This document shows, piece by piece, positions 38,256-46,895 of a DNA stretch of 64,000 bases. The notes under the pieces were generated by a model, which saw only the letters and a program-made list of their open reading frames with translations, ran no database searches and had not been told where the DNA came from. The translations under genes and the position numbers were made by a program. Origin of the DNA: an uncultured Candidatus Saccharibacteria bacterium (lineage in GTDB: Bacteria; Patescibacteriota; Doudnabacteria; UBA920); the NCBI GenBank assembly GCA_964474825.1, contig CAYYWQ010000001.1, positions 485,609-549,608 of the forward strand, in the 5' to 3' direction. Position 1 is the first letter of the stretch; each line of letters opens with the position of its first letter.

Positions 38256-38765
38256 CTAGTGTTGGAGCGCCTTCTTAAGCGCCCGAAGCTCCACTTCCAG
38301 TTCGCTCACCGTTTGAGCATAGCTGAAAGAAGTAGTGAGCTCCTTACGGCTTTGAAAAACGAGACTTCCAGCCTTTTCCTCCCGAAACTCTCTATCGCTC
38401 GGCGGAACCTGGTCTTCAGTATAATAGACCCGGGTTGCGTATTCGGACTGTTCCCGTCCGCTACACTTTTTCATAGTCTCGAACTGCAGGAGCCGGCCAG
38501 ACCGATAAAAAATCCAGCTCGTTTCGGTCTTGCATCCCATGTCTTCCACAACCGACACGAGGATCATCTTCCCCGTTGAGTTCTCAACCATGGGGATTCC
38601 CACAGTCTGTTTCAAGTTCTCCGGCATCACCCTCATGGCGACCTGCCCGCGGCCCGCAGCGATCTGAAAAACATCCTCAAAAACATTTTCCCGGACAAAA
38701 CACCCCGCCGCTATCAAAAGCGCCGCCAACACCACAAACAATTTCTTCATTCTGTTTTCCCCCAA
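38256..38765 (-). CDS. Lipoprotein encoded on a GC-rich islet. The likely start is the internal Met at 38750.
   Basis: MKKLFVVLAALLIAAGC is a lipobox. The DNA is about 52% GC. Confidence 0.45.
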   Translation of the reverse strand: MGENRMKKLFVVLAALLIAAGCFVRENVFEDVFQIAAGRGQVAMRVMPENLKQTVGIPMVENSTGKMILVSVVEDMGCKTETSWIFYRSGRLLQFETMKKCSGREQSEYATRVYYTEDQVPPSDREFREEKAGSLVFQSRKELTTSFSYAQTVSELEVELRALKKALQH

Positions 38766-38952
38766 TTCCTTTCGTCGCCTCAGCGACGGATTTTCCTAAC
38801 TCATTTCTGCCATGCCGCCCCACAAACCTCTCATGGGCGACAAAAATATTTACAAGTGCAACATAGAAATATAACATAAAAAAGGGCCCACCGTCAATAC
38901 AACTACAAAACAAAAACGACCCTTGAGTCAAAGGTCGCTTTAAACTATAAAA

Positions 38953-40236
38953 TTATCTCCTAGGTCTATTTTGGGATTGCTTTTGCCCTTTGAGGGCGGT
39001 TAAATTAATTTTTGTTTTCATCCCATATATTGTATAGGCCGGGTTACAGGATCTCCAAAAATCCATTTTGGCCCCGTTATCAAGCCACCTACGGGCACCT
39101 AAGAGAGCTTCTTTATCCCCGTGATGAGCAGTTGCAGCAAACTGAACTAAATCACTTTCCCTGCCTTTCCAAACTTTTTCTAAAGTTAAAAATTGCCCTG
39201 TTTTTAAAGATTTTACCAGACGGGTAATATTATAAATTAAAAGTAAATAAGCAGCCTTATGATGGTCGTCCCCGCGAAGCGTGGCAACATCGTCCGGCAA
39301 CCTATCCTTTTTTAGAGCTCTATTTATTACTGAGGCACCCCTTAACTTGTCGTGTGTATCGGCCTCAGGATGATCAAAAACGGAAAATTCTGTAAATTGA
39401 TAAGGTCCAAACGAGTTACCTTTATAATTTTTGTCAAAAAGCGCGGGAATGCCTTGTAAATATTTTTTTCCGGCATTTTTTAATAGGTATTCTAAAATAT
39501 TAACATTTAGCTCGCCTTCCTTTGTTGGCATAAGTTCTGTCAATAAATAGGCACCCATGTGTTCCGACTTTACCGACAAAGAAAGATTTTTTATGAGCTT
39601 CATTCTTCTTTCTCGGGATCCGTCTTCCACTTCTGCCACATTTCTAATTTGCCCTACTCTAATCCAGTCAATACTTGATTGGACGTTACTAATTACTTTA
39701 TCAATATCCCTCAAGAGACCCATTACATTACTTCGCTCAGGACTTAGTTGAACACTTGTGTATTCCTGAATTATTTTACGACCCAACTGAACCACCCGGG
39801 GAGAATGTCCAGAACTTTTAATTTTTTCCCGCCACATAATAGCCATTTGGCGAGTAAAATCTACTTTAGCCTTGGACGACGCTTCTCCATATATGCCGGT
39901 AACCAGGCTAAGCATACCTCCAAACTTCCTTCCTTCCAAAGGTCCGGTTTGGTATTCCCTTTCGTTGCCCGTAATTTCTGGTTTTAATTCCTGGGTCTTA
40001 GGCTTTTTTTTGGTTTCTTTTACTTTCGTTTTTTTCGCGGCTTCAGCCCCTCTTTCCGAAAATAATCCCGCAAAAGCCCCAATACCAGCCTTTAACATAT
40101 CCCGCCTGGTTAAACCGGAATCAGACTCTGGAGCTTCTAAATGTTCCCCAGCCGAAAAATTTGGATCTCCTTTAAAACCTTGTTCTGTTGGTGGCATAAG
40201 TTTTCTTTTCAATATAATACCATAATTCTTGCTCAT
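38953..40236 (-). CDS. Tat-signal (twin-arginine) secreted protein of unknown function. The ORF track extends it to 40329; 40197 is an alternative start.
   Basis: Consensus Tat motif TRRDMLKAGIGAFAGLF. The extended ORF start would read through a terminator hairpin, so an internal Met start is more likely. Confidence 0.5.
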   Translation of the reverse strand: MSKNYGIILKRKLMPPTEQGFKGDPNFSAGEHLEAPESDSGLTRRDMLKAGIGAFAGLFSERGAEAAKKTKVKETKKKPKTQELKPEITGNEREYQTGPLEGRKFGGMLSLVTGIYGEASSKAKVDFTRQMAIMWREKIKSSGHSPRVVQLGRKIIQEYTSVQLSPERSNVMGLLRDIDKVISNVQSSIDWIRVGQIRNVAEVEDGSRERRMKLIKNLSLSVKSEHMGAYLLTELMPTKEGELNVNILEYLLKNAGKKYLQGIPALFDKNYKGNSFGPYQFTEFSVFDHPEADTHDKLRGASVINRALKKDRLPDDVATLRGDDHHKAAYLLLIYNITRLVKSLKTGQFLTLEKVWKGRESDLVQFAATAHHGDKEALLGARRWLDNGAKMDFWRSCNPAYTIYGMKTKINLTALKGQKQSQNRPRR

Positions 40237-40960
40237 ATAAAACAAAAAACAACCCGCGAGTACTGCTGCGGGTTGTTTTCTTAGATGGTGCCGACTGTTG
40301 TTTTTTGGGCGGCGCGGCCTTCTTCTCACTGGGGGTCGTCTGCCGCAACACGATTACGTGAAAAACCGGCTGTTTGCGTTCGAGCGCCACAGCAATTTCT
40401 CCACGCTCCTTGGCGTCGCGCAGATAGTTCCCAACCCTAACCCGCTCGGAAACCGAGAGGTTGTTGTAAAGAATGTCAACAGCCGCTCCGCGAAGATGGG
40501 GCGAAACCGTGGGCCCAGAAATGGCACCCGCGTTGCCGTTGCGGCCGGCGATCTTCCGCTGATCCTCAATACTTCGAGCGGCCGAGCTTATGGTCAGCTC
40601 AACCTTCAAAGCATCCAAAGACCGCAAAAAGCGATTTGTGCCGGGAGCTACGTAGCGCCGGGACGAATCCAGCCGCGGATCAATCTTGACAAATCGACTC
40701 GTGTAAATACCTACGAGTTTTTTTGCCTCGATCATGCGACTGAAGTCCGCGCGATTGCGGATAATAGACAACCCGTGTTTGGCAAGGAGCTGGTTCGCCC
40801 TCACAATATCGCTCTTGTGTCCGTGCAACTCCCTTTGGAGTTCCGACCAAGACAGCGGCTTTTTTGCTGACGGTTTCCGCACAGGCACGCGCCAGGCGGC
40901 TGCGGCGCTAAATGTCGGCGCCGACAAAAAAGACAACAATACAATCATCAAAAACTTCAT
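40172..40960 (-). CDS. Secreted LAS/M15-family (VanY-like D-Ala-D-Ala carboxypeptidase / peptidoglycan peptidase) protein on a GC-rich islet. The exact C-terminus is uncertain.
   Basis: Signal peptide MKFLMIVLLSFLSAPTFSAAAA. Zinc motif SPHLRGAAVD (SxHxxGxAxD) and a downstream His in PVFHV. The DNA is about 55% GC. The predicted ORF tail reads through the 40250-40275 hairpin. Confidence 0.45.
   Translation of the reverse strand: MKFLMIVLLSFLSAPTFSAAAAWRVPVRKPSAKKPLSWSELQRELHGHKSDIVRANQLLAKHGLSIIRNRADFSRMIEAKKLVGIYTSRFVKIDPRLDSSRRYVAPGTNRFLRSLDALKVELTISSAARSIEDQRKIAGRNGNAGAISGPTVSPHLRGAAVDILYNNLSVSERVRVGNYLRDAKERGEIAVALERKQPVFHVIVLRQTTPSEKKAAPPKKQQSAPSKKTTRSSTRGLFFVLYEQELWYYIEKKTYATNRTRF
40241..40281. 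terminator. Bidirectional terminator hairpin between the M15 peptidase gene and the Tat-protein gene
   Basis: caacccgc-gagtactgct-gcgggttg with flanking A and T runs. Confidence 0.5.
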
Positions 40961-41167
40961 GGCACCTCCTGCCAGATTTTAAAATAACTGTTAAGGATAC
41001 ACTAATCCACATAAAAACTTCCGCAACAGTTAAAGATTACGAAAATTCATAAGCTTTAACTTACGCAAAAGAACGACAATTGCAACTTAAAATTATACAT
41101 AAGTTTAACTCTTTTGTCAATATAAACAAAAAAACGACCCGGAATTCCGGGCCGTTTTATAAATATA

Positions 41168-41689
41168 TTATTTAACTCTTGGGTCGTTATGCGTCATTAT
41201 TGAAAGTACGGTTAAGTGAAAATCTGCTTCAGTTATGGTCTGTATGAATTCCGCCCTACCGCCGTTATTTAAGAAAATTTCCCAGGTTGGTACCGGAATT
41301 AAACCGCTTTCGTGGACATATAACACGGTCCCATTGTAGAGTACCCAAGAGCCTGCAGAATGTCCTGTGGTAGCGCCTAAAACATTGGAAACTATATTCG
41401 CGGTAATGGACAAACAATTTATACCTTGAGGTTCAGTGCAAACTAAAATTGGATTCACGCCCACGGTTTTCCCTAAGGCAACTAAACTGGAATTAGACAC
41501 CACGCTTGTCCCAGCAAGCGAATCATTATTGGCAACAACGTACCAGGAACCTGTTGGGCTAGTATTTAAACCAACCGACAAAGTTCGGCCAACACCAATA
41601 TCCTCATTTAAAGTACCATAGCTATTAGCGGCGTAAGCGAACGGAGAAATTAACAATCCGCCCACAACTAAAACAAAAATTTTCTTCAT
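41168..41689 (-). CDS. Secreted hypothetical protein
   Basis: Signal peptide MKKIFVLVVGGLLISPFAYA. Confidence 0.3.
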   Translation of the reverse strand: MKKIFVLVVGGLLISPFAYAANSYGTLNEDIGVGRTLSVGLNTSPTGSWYVVANNDSLAGTSVVSNSSLVALGKTVGVNPILVCTEPQGINCLSITANIVSNVLGATTGHSAGSWVLYNGTVLYVHESGLIPVPTWEIFLNNGGRAEFIQTITEADFHLTVLSIMTHNDPRVK

Positions 41690-41782
41690 AGTTATTGTAG
41701 TTAATATAACTGGTTACAATAACCTATTTTAACCCAAATGTCAATATCCAACCTGTCTTTCGCTTTTACTCTTAAGGGAAAA

Positions 41783-42955
41783 TCACACAATTACTCCCCC
41801 GCCCACACATGTTTTACCCTTATACAGTACCAAACTCTGCCCGCTGGCAACTGCTTTTTGCGGATGCTTGAAGACTACATTATAAAGATCATTTTTTACC
41901 TCACTGATACTAAGTTGTACTAACTGTCCCTGATGCCTGTATCTGCCTTGTAGGCTGATCGGCTGATTAGCTGATCGGCTGATTAGCTGGCTAATCCAAT
42001 TCATGGAATGCAATTGAACTTCCTTTACCTCCAGCGCTTTATCTTTCGGATTATTTGTTACAAACAAAGTATTGCTTTTTAAATCCTTACGTGTAACATA
42101 ATACGGGCCGCCCTGGCCGCCCACGGCAATCCCCTGCCTTTGACCAATTGTAAAATTGTGAAGGCCCTGGTGTTTGCCAACCATTTTCCCATCCTGGTTT
42201 ATAATATTGCCTTTTTTAGTCCTCAGCTTCTGCTTTAAAAAATCCGCCAAACGAATTCTCCCCACAAAACACAAGCCCATACTCTCTCTTTTTTCCGCGT
42301 TAGGCAAACCAAGTTTCCTGGCAAGTGACCTAACGGCAGTTTTTTTCATTCCGCCAATAGGAAACATAACGTGCGGCAACTGCTCAATTTTTATATTATA
42401 AATAAAATAAGTCTGGTCCTTAAATTCGTCTGCACTTCGTTCTAGTAGGTAGGTTGTAGGGGGTAGGATGTAGCCTGATGTCTTGCTACTAGCTACTTTC
42501 CTACTGACTACCTGCTTGCTCCTCGCATAGTGGCCGGTGGCCAAATAATCAAACCCATTCTTTATGGCCCAATTATAGAGCAGTTTAAATTTAATCTCCT
42601 TGTTACACATAACGTCCGGGTTTGGCGTGCGGCCGGCGGCATATTCTTTAAAAAAATAATTTAAAACATTTTTTTCATATTGCTTTTCAAAATCTAAAGT
42701 ATGCATAGGAATACGCAAAAACGCGGCCACACGCAAAGCGTCTTGCCTGTCTTGCAGCCACGGGCATTCGTCGTATTTTAATCCTTTGGTAGAAGACCAG
42801 TTCTTCATAAAAGCCGCCTCAACCTCATAGCCTTGCTTTATGAGCAGATACGCTGAAACAGCGCTGTCTATGCCGCCCGACAACGCTACTAAGACTTTTT
42901 TTCCGCCCAAAACATTTTTACGATTGGAGGAATTTTTTGCAGGGTATTTTGCCAT
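41783..42955 (-). CDS. mnmA: tRNA-specific 2-thiouridylase
   Basis: PP-loop VLVALSGGIDSAV, ATGHYAR, and KDQTYF. It carries two in-frame repeat-derived insertions (see repeats at 42442 and 41955). Confidence 0.85.
   Translation of the reverse strand: MAKYPAKNSSNRKNVLGGKKVLVALSGGIDSAVSAYLLIKQGYEVEAAFMKNWSSTKGLKYDECPWLQDRQDALRVAAFLRIPMHTLDFEKQYEKNVLNYFFKEYAAGRTPNPDVMCNKEIKFKLLYNWAIKNGFDYLATGHYARSKQVVSRKVASSKTSGYILPPTTYLLERSADEFKDQTYFIYNIKIEQLPHVMFPIGGMKKTAVRSLARKLGLPNAEKRESMGLCFVGRIRLADFLKQKLRTKKGNIINQDGKMVGKHQGLHNFTIGQRQGIAVGGQGGPYYVTRKDLKSNTLFVTNNPKDKALEVKEVQLHSMNWISQLISRSANQPISLQGRYRHQGQLVQLSISEVKNDLYNVVFKHPQKAVASGQSLVLYKGKTCVGGGVIV
41955..41986. repeat. Tandem 16-mer (ctgatcggctgattag, 2 copies) within the mnmA 3' coding region
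   Basis: Direct reading of 41951-41995. It encodes the low-complexity SQLISRSANQ segment. Confidence 0.6.
42442..42515. repeat. GTAG-rich palindromic element inserted in frame within mnmA
   Basis: ctagtaggtaggttgtagggggtaggatgtagcc ... ctactagctactttcctactgactacctgc. It encodes the extra segment SKQVVSRKVASSKTSGYILPPTTYLLER between the conserved HYAR and KDQTYF motifs. Confidence 0.5.
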
Positions 42956-42994
42956 CCTGCAGATTATATCAAAAAATGCTAAAAAAATCTATGG

Positions 42995-43774
42995 CTACAG
43001 GTGTGCCTTAACCAACTTTAATAATTCGTTATGAATTAAACCATTGGAAATAACACAACCCTTAACCTCTCTGTCATAACGTTGTTCTTTGCCGAACATA
43101 TCCGTAACTTTACCGCCAGCCTCTTCCACAATAACTTTTATTGCCGCTACATCATGGGTTGTGGTATGGCCAAAGGTTATTCCTTCCATTTCCCCCGCGG
43201 CAAGCAACATGGCGTTATAGACTATGGAATTAATTCCATAATGCTGTGCCTTTTTATTAAAAATAATATCGTCAATAAAACCCATCATTGGGTATTTCAT
43301 TTTTGACCATACACAATGGCTAATAAATGCCCCTTGTAATTTACTGGCGCGCGAGACCTGGATTTTTTTGTTGTTCAAAAAAGCACCCTTGCCTTTTTCG
43401 GCAAAAAACATTCTATTTAAAAAGGGATCGTAAGCAACCCCCAAAACAGGCACACCATTTTCCACCAAAGCCAGAGAAAACATGCAGGTGGGCATACCAT
43501 GAGAAAACGGAATAGTTCCGTCTACCGGGTCGCAAACCCAAACATATTTACCATGGTTTTTTAAATGGCTTTCTTCTTCGCCCAAAACATCGTGACCAGG
43601 ATAATATTTTTTTACGGAACTGACCACTAACTTATTTATGGCCAAATCTGTTTTAGTTACCGGGGAGCCGTCGCTTTTAATCTTCCTTTGCATACCCAAA
43701 ACAAAATTCGCCAGCATTATTTTCCCGGCCTTTTTTGCCAAGTCTATTGCAAAAGATTTATATGTTAATGGCAT
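42995..43774 (-). CDS. Inositol monophosphatase family protein (SuhB/HisN-like)
   Basis: HDVLGEEES, WVCDPVDGT, and a C-terminal GG-containing motif. Confidence 0.7.
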   Translation of the reverse strand: MPLTYKSFAIDLAKKAGKIMLANFVLGMQRKIKSDGSPVTKTDLAINKLVVSSVKKYYPGHDVLGEEESHLKNHGKYVWVCDPVDGTIPFSHGMPTCMFSLALVENGVPVLGVAYDPFLNRMFFAEKGKGAFLNNKKIQVSRASKLQGAFISHCVWSKMKYPMMGFIDDIIFNKKAQHYGINSIVYNAMLLAAGEMEGITFGHTTTHDVAAIKVIVEEAGGKVTDMFGKEQRYDREVKGCVISNGLIHNELLKLVKAHL

Positions 43775-43808
43775 TCTTTAAATTAAATATTGAAGTATAA
43801 AAGAAAAT

Positions 43809-44006
43809 ATGATACCTTATGATAAAGTAGTTACTTTCTGGGAAAGGAGGAAACCTGGGATGAAGACCTTAACGATACTGGGCTCGCTTATTAGAGCCAC
43901 CGTTATTGCCGGATTCGTCGTTGGTGGCTTGTATGCATTTGCCACCCTTGGAGAACACGGCCCCACATTCACCACCGAACAGGTATCCCAATTCTACCGC
44001 AAGTAG
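43809..44006 (+). CDS. Small membrane protein. Uncertain; it is followed by a GC-rich structured patch.
   Basis: One TM. A terminator-like hairpin agccc-ctaga-gggct plus a T-run sits at 44128-44152. Confidence 0.2.
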   Translation: MIPYDKVVTFWERRKPGMKTLTILGSLIRATVIAGFVVGGLYAFATLGEHGPTFTTEQVSQFYRK

Positions 44007-44162
44007 AAAAGGCGTTTCGCCCCAGCCCGTTAACCACTTCTGTGGCATAAATTATCGGCCTGGCGGCATTACCAACAAACACTCACTCAGGGGGCGGCAT
44101 CGTTCGATCGAGATGCTGCCCTCCACCACCTAAAGCCCCTAGAGGGCTCTTTTAATTTTAAG

Positions 44163-44843
44163 CTATTTATTCCTAAAAGGTTCGGCTTGTTTAAGAAGCC
44201 CGGCCATGTCGGAATTTTGAAGCGGGTGGCCGTTAAAAAAGTAAGTGGGTGTTCCCTGCAAATTTAAGCCATAAGCTTCGTCTGTATTTTTTTGCACTTT
44301 TTCCAAATTCTTTTTTTCGGTTACATCTGTTTTAAATTTGGCAATATCTGCCACTCCAATTTGCTGGGCATATTGAGCAAAAACTTCCAGCGGGGCAGCA
44401 AGTCCTTCCCAGTCAGCTTGATTTGCAAAAAGTATGTCGTGCATTTCCCAATACTTCCCCTGCTCACCTGCCGCTTCGGCTGCAACGGCGGATTCCACAG
44501 AATTTTGGTGAATTTGGGTTAAAGGAAAATATCGGTAAACAAAAACTGTATCCATAAATTGGCTCGGCACCTGCTTTAGCATTTCGCTGGCCGCGGCGCA
44601 GGCCGGGCACTGGTAGTCGGAGTATTCAATAAAAACATTTTTGGACTTTGGGTCGCCCTGAAAACGGTCTGTCTCCGGGTCAAACGCCGGGACTTCTGAA
44701 ATTGTTTTGGCTCCGGTTGTGTTTATGTTCGCGTTGTAAGTAGAATTTACTCCGGTTTCCGTGTTAGGGGAAATTTTATACAAATAAAAACCAAAACCTA
44801 GGGCAAGAAGTATTACTATAACGACTGTAATAATTTTTTGCAT
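44163..44843 (-). CDS. DsbA-like thiol:disulfide oxidoreductase, membrane anchored
   Basis: Thioredoxin motif YSDYQCPACAAAS (CPAC). Confidence 0.7.
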   Translation of the reverse strand: MQKIITVVIVILLALGFGFYLYKISPNTETGVNSTYNANINTTGAKTISEVPAFDPETDRFQGDPKSKNVFIEYSDYQCPACAAASEMLKQVPSQFMDTVFVYRYFPLTQIHQNSVESAVAAEAAGEQGKYWEMHDILFANQADWEGLAAPLEVFAQYAQQIGVADIAKFKTDVTEKKNLEKVQKNTDEAYGLNLQGTPTYFFNGHPLQNSDMAGLLKQAEPFRNK

Positions 44844-44865
44844 TTTAAAATATTAATTGTAAATT

Positions 44866-45804
44866 TTAACGGTTACTCATATTCGGTCCCGTGCTAGTAC
44901 CAAGAACAAACACTCCCGAATTTAGCCAAGCCAAAGCCCTTGCCTGCTCTGCTAAGTCTGCCAGTTTCTTTGTTTCAGCAAAAGCGGTGTACAAATGCTG
45001 CTCGCCCAACACCACAACAGCCAGTTGCCTGCCGTGATAATTAAACAAGGCTGCGAAGTTATACCCTGACTCGTTTAAATATCCGGTTTTGGCTCCAACA
45101 ATTTCCAATTCTCCATTCCCTAAAAGCTTGTCGGTATTTTTTATAGTTTGATTATATCGTGAATTATTACTCGAGCGCAAAGTGTAAGATTGCAGTCCTG
45201 CAATTTTTGACAAATACGTGTTACTAAAAGTAGCCCTAACAATACCGGCATAGTCCCTGGCCGTAATTCTGTTAGCAGGCTCCATTCCGGTTGGTTCCAT
45301 AAAATAACTGGTTTTGGCTCCCAGCTCCGCTGCTTTCTCGTTCATTTTAGCGGCAAATTCCTCAGCCGAAAGCCCGGTGCTGCGCGCCAAGGCTGCGGTG
45401 GCGTTATTTGCAGAAGGTATTAAAGCTGCGTGGAATAAACCGTCAACAGTAAATTTAACTCCAGACTGACTCCTAATACAAGCGCCGCCCACATTGCAAC
45501 CACCAACGACCTGATCTCCGGAAGTCATAGTAACAATTTTAGATAATTTTGGCTTAGTGTCCAGCACGACCAAAGCAGTAACCAGCTTTGTTAAAGAAGC
45601 CGGCGTCCAAGGCTGATCAGCGTTTTTTTCAAGCAAGATTTGCCCGGTCTCTACATCTTGCACAATATATGCTTGAGCGCTCAAGCCCGACATAGCAGCT
45701 AAATCATTTCCGCTAATAGGTAACTGCAAAGCAAAAACCCCGCTTGGCAAAAGCAATACGGAAACAATAACACTCGCTGATAATATTTTATGTATTAATC
45801 TCAA
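44866..45804 (-). CDS. Serine-type D-Ala-D-Ala carboxypeptidase (PBP5/DacA-like, S11)
   Basis: SxxK in PASLTKL, an SxN-like IPSANNA, and a signal peptide. Confidence 0.65.
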   Translation of the reverse strand: MRLIHKILSASVIVSVLLLPSGVFALQLPISGNDLAAMSGLSAQAYIVQDVETGQILLEKNADQPWTPASLTKLVTALVVLDTKPKLSKIVTMTSGDQVVGGCNVGGACIRSQSGVKFTVDGLFHAALIPSANNATAALARSTGLSAEEFAAKMNEKAAELGAKTSYFMEPTGMEPANRITARDYAGIVRATFSNTYLSKIAGLQSYTLRSSNNSRYNQTIKNTDKLLGNGELEIVGAKTGYLNESGYNFAALFNYHGRQLAVVVLGEQHLYTAFAETKKLADLAEQARALAWLNSGVFVLGTSTGPNMSNR

Positions 45805-45839
45805 TCTTTTAATCTTTCTATTTTTAAATTTTCAATCTT

Positions 45840-46121
45840 TTACTGCTGCATCATGTGCCCAAATTTGCTTTGAAGCATTTTTTTATGCTGTTTAAACATA
45901 TCTTCCAACGCGCTACGAATATGGCGGGCAACTTCGCTCTTGTCTCCGGCTATGTCTGGAGCCACTTCCACGCTTTTTACGTTTTGGTTCCCGTCTATAA
46001 TAATTTTAATTTTTCCGCCGGAAGAAGACCCGGTAACGGTTTCCTGCGCCATAAGCAGTTCCATTTGCTTGGCCTGCTTGCGCATTTCATTAATATCCTT
46101 AAGTTTATCGAAAATTCCCAT
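45840..46121 (-). CDS. ybaB: Nucleoid-associated protein YbaB/EbfC
   Basis: MGIFDKLKD...MAQETVTGSSSGGKIKIIIDGNQNVKSVEVAP. Confidence 0.8.
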   Translation of the reverse strand: MGIFDKLKDINEMRKQAKQMELLMAQETVTGSSSGGKIKIIIDGNQNVKSVEVAPDIAGDKSEVARHIRSALEDMFKQHKKMLQSKFGHMMQQ

Positions 46122-46181
46122 ATATTGTTTCTAACAAATTAATTTTATACAATTTATTATAACAAAAAGCCCTTAATAAAT

Positions 46182-46895
46182 CTATACCAAAAAGGTTTCG
46201 GTTTTAATAGATTCAGAATCATGCTGTTTTTCAGCCAAAATTCCATTTATGCTTTCTACTGCATCCTGGCTCCCGCAAATATAAAAAACACTGTTTTGTG
46301 ACTTTTGGTAATTTATATCCAAATAAGGCCTAAGATTTATGGATGGATTTAAAATCTCAATGATTTTAAAATTTTTATGTTTTTTCCCTAATTTTTCCCA
46401 TAGCATTTTGTGTAAAAAATCCTCGGGATTTTTATGGCCATATATCAACTCTATTTGTCCGGAAAAGTTTTTATTTAACAAATCCGGGATAATGGAAACA
46501 AAGGGAGCTATGCCAATACCGGCGGCTACCATGCATAAATTTTTTGTCCGCTCAGTTACAAAAAAATTCCCTTCCGGACCCGTTGCAATAAATTGGTCAC
46601 CAATTTTTAAAGCCTTAACAAAATTAGAACCTCTGCCGCCCGGCTCCAGCTTTACCAAAAACGCCAGATGATCTTTTTCTTTGGGTAATGAAGTAATGGA
46701 ATAAGCTTTGTAAGCCCCGCCAATATAAAAAAACATAAACTGTCCGGCACGAAAATTTATGCTTTTAGGTTTTACAAGCTTTGCCTCAAGTTCAATAACA
46801 TTTGGCGCTGCGATTTTTTTTGTAATAACTTTTAAAACATGTTCCTTCATAAAACCTTCAACCGACGCAGGCGTTAAAGGCCTGCACTTGGGCAT
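46182..46895 (-). CDS. Ferredoxin-NADP reductase-like FAD/NAD(P)-binding oxidoreductase
   Basis: FAD-binding RAYSITS, and NAD-binding MVAAGIGIAPF. Confidence 0.6.
   Translation of the reverse strand: MPKCRPLTPASVEGFMKEHVLKVITKKIAAPNVIELEAKLVKPKSINFRAGQFMFFYIGGAYKAYSITSLPKEKDHLAFLVKLEPGGRGSNFVKALKIGDQFIATGPEGNFFVTERTKNLCMVAAGIGIAPFVSIIPDLLNKNFSGQIELIYGHKNPEDFLHKMLWEKLGKKHKNFKIIEILNPSINLRPYLDINYQKSQNSVFYICGSQDAVESINGILAEKQHDSESIKTETFLV

Noticed and set aside
40172-40290. C-terminal about 40 residues of the M15 peptidase ORF and N-terminal 31 residues of the Tat-protein ORF
   Set aside because: Both extensions read through the 40250-40275 terminator hairpin and switch from GC-rich to AT-rich composition. 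The true ends are probably shorter, so the exact stop and start remain uncertain.
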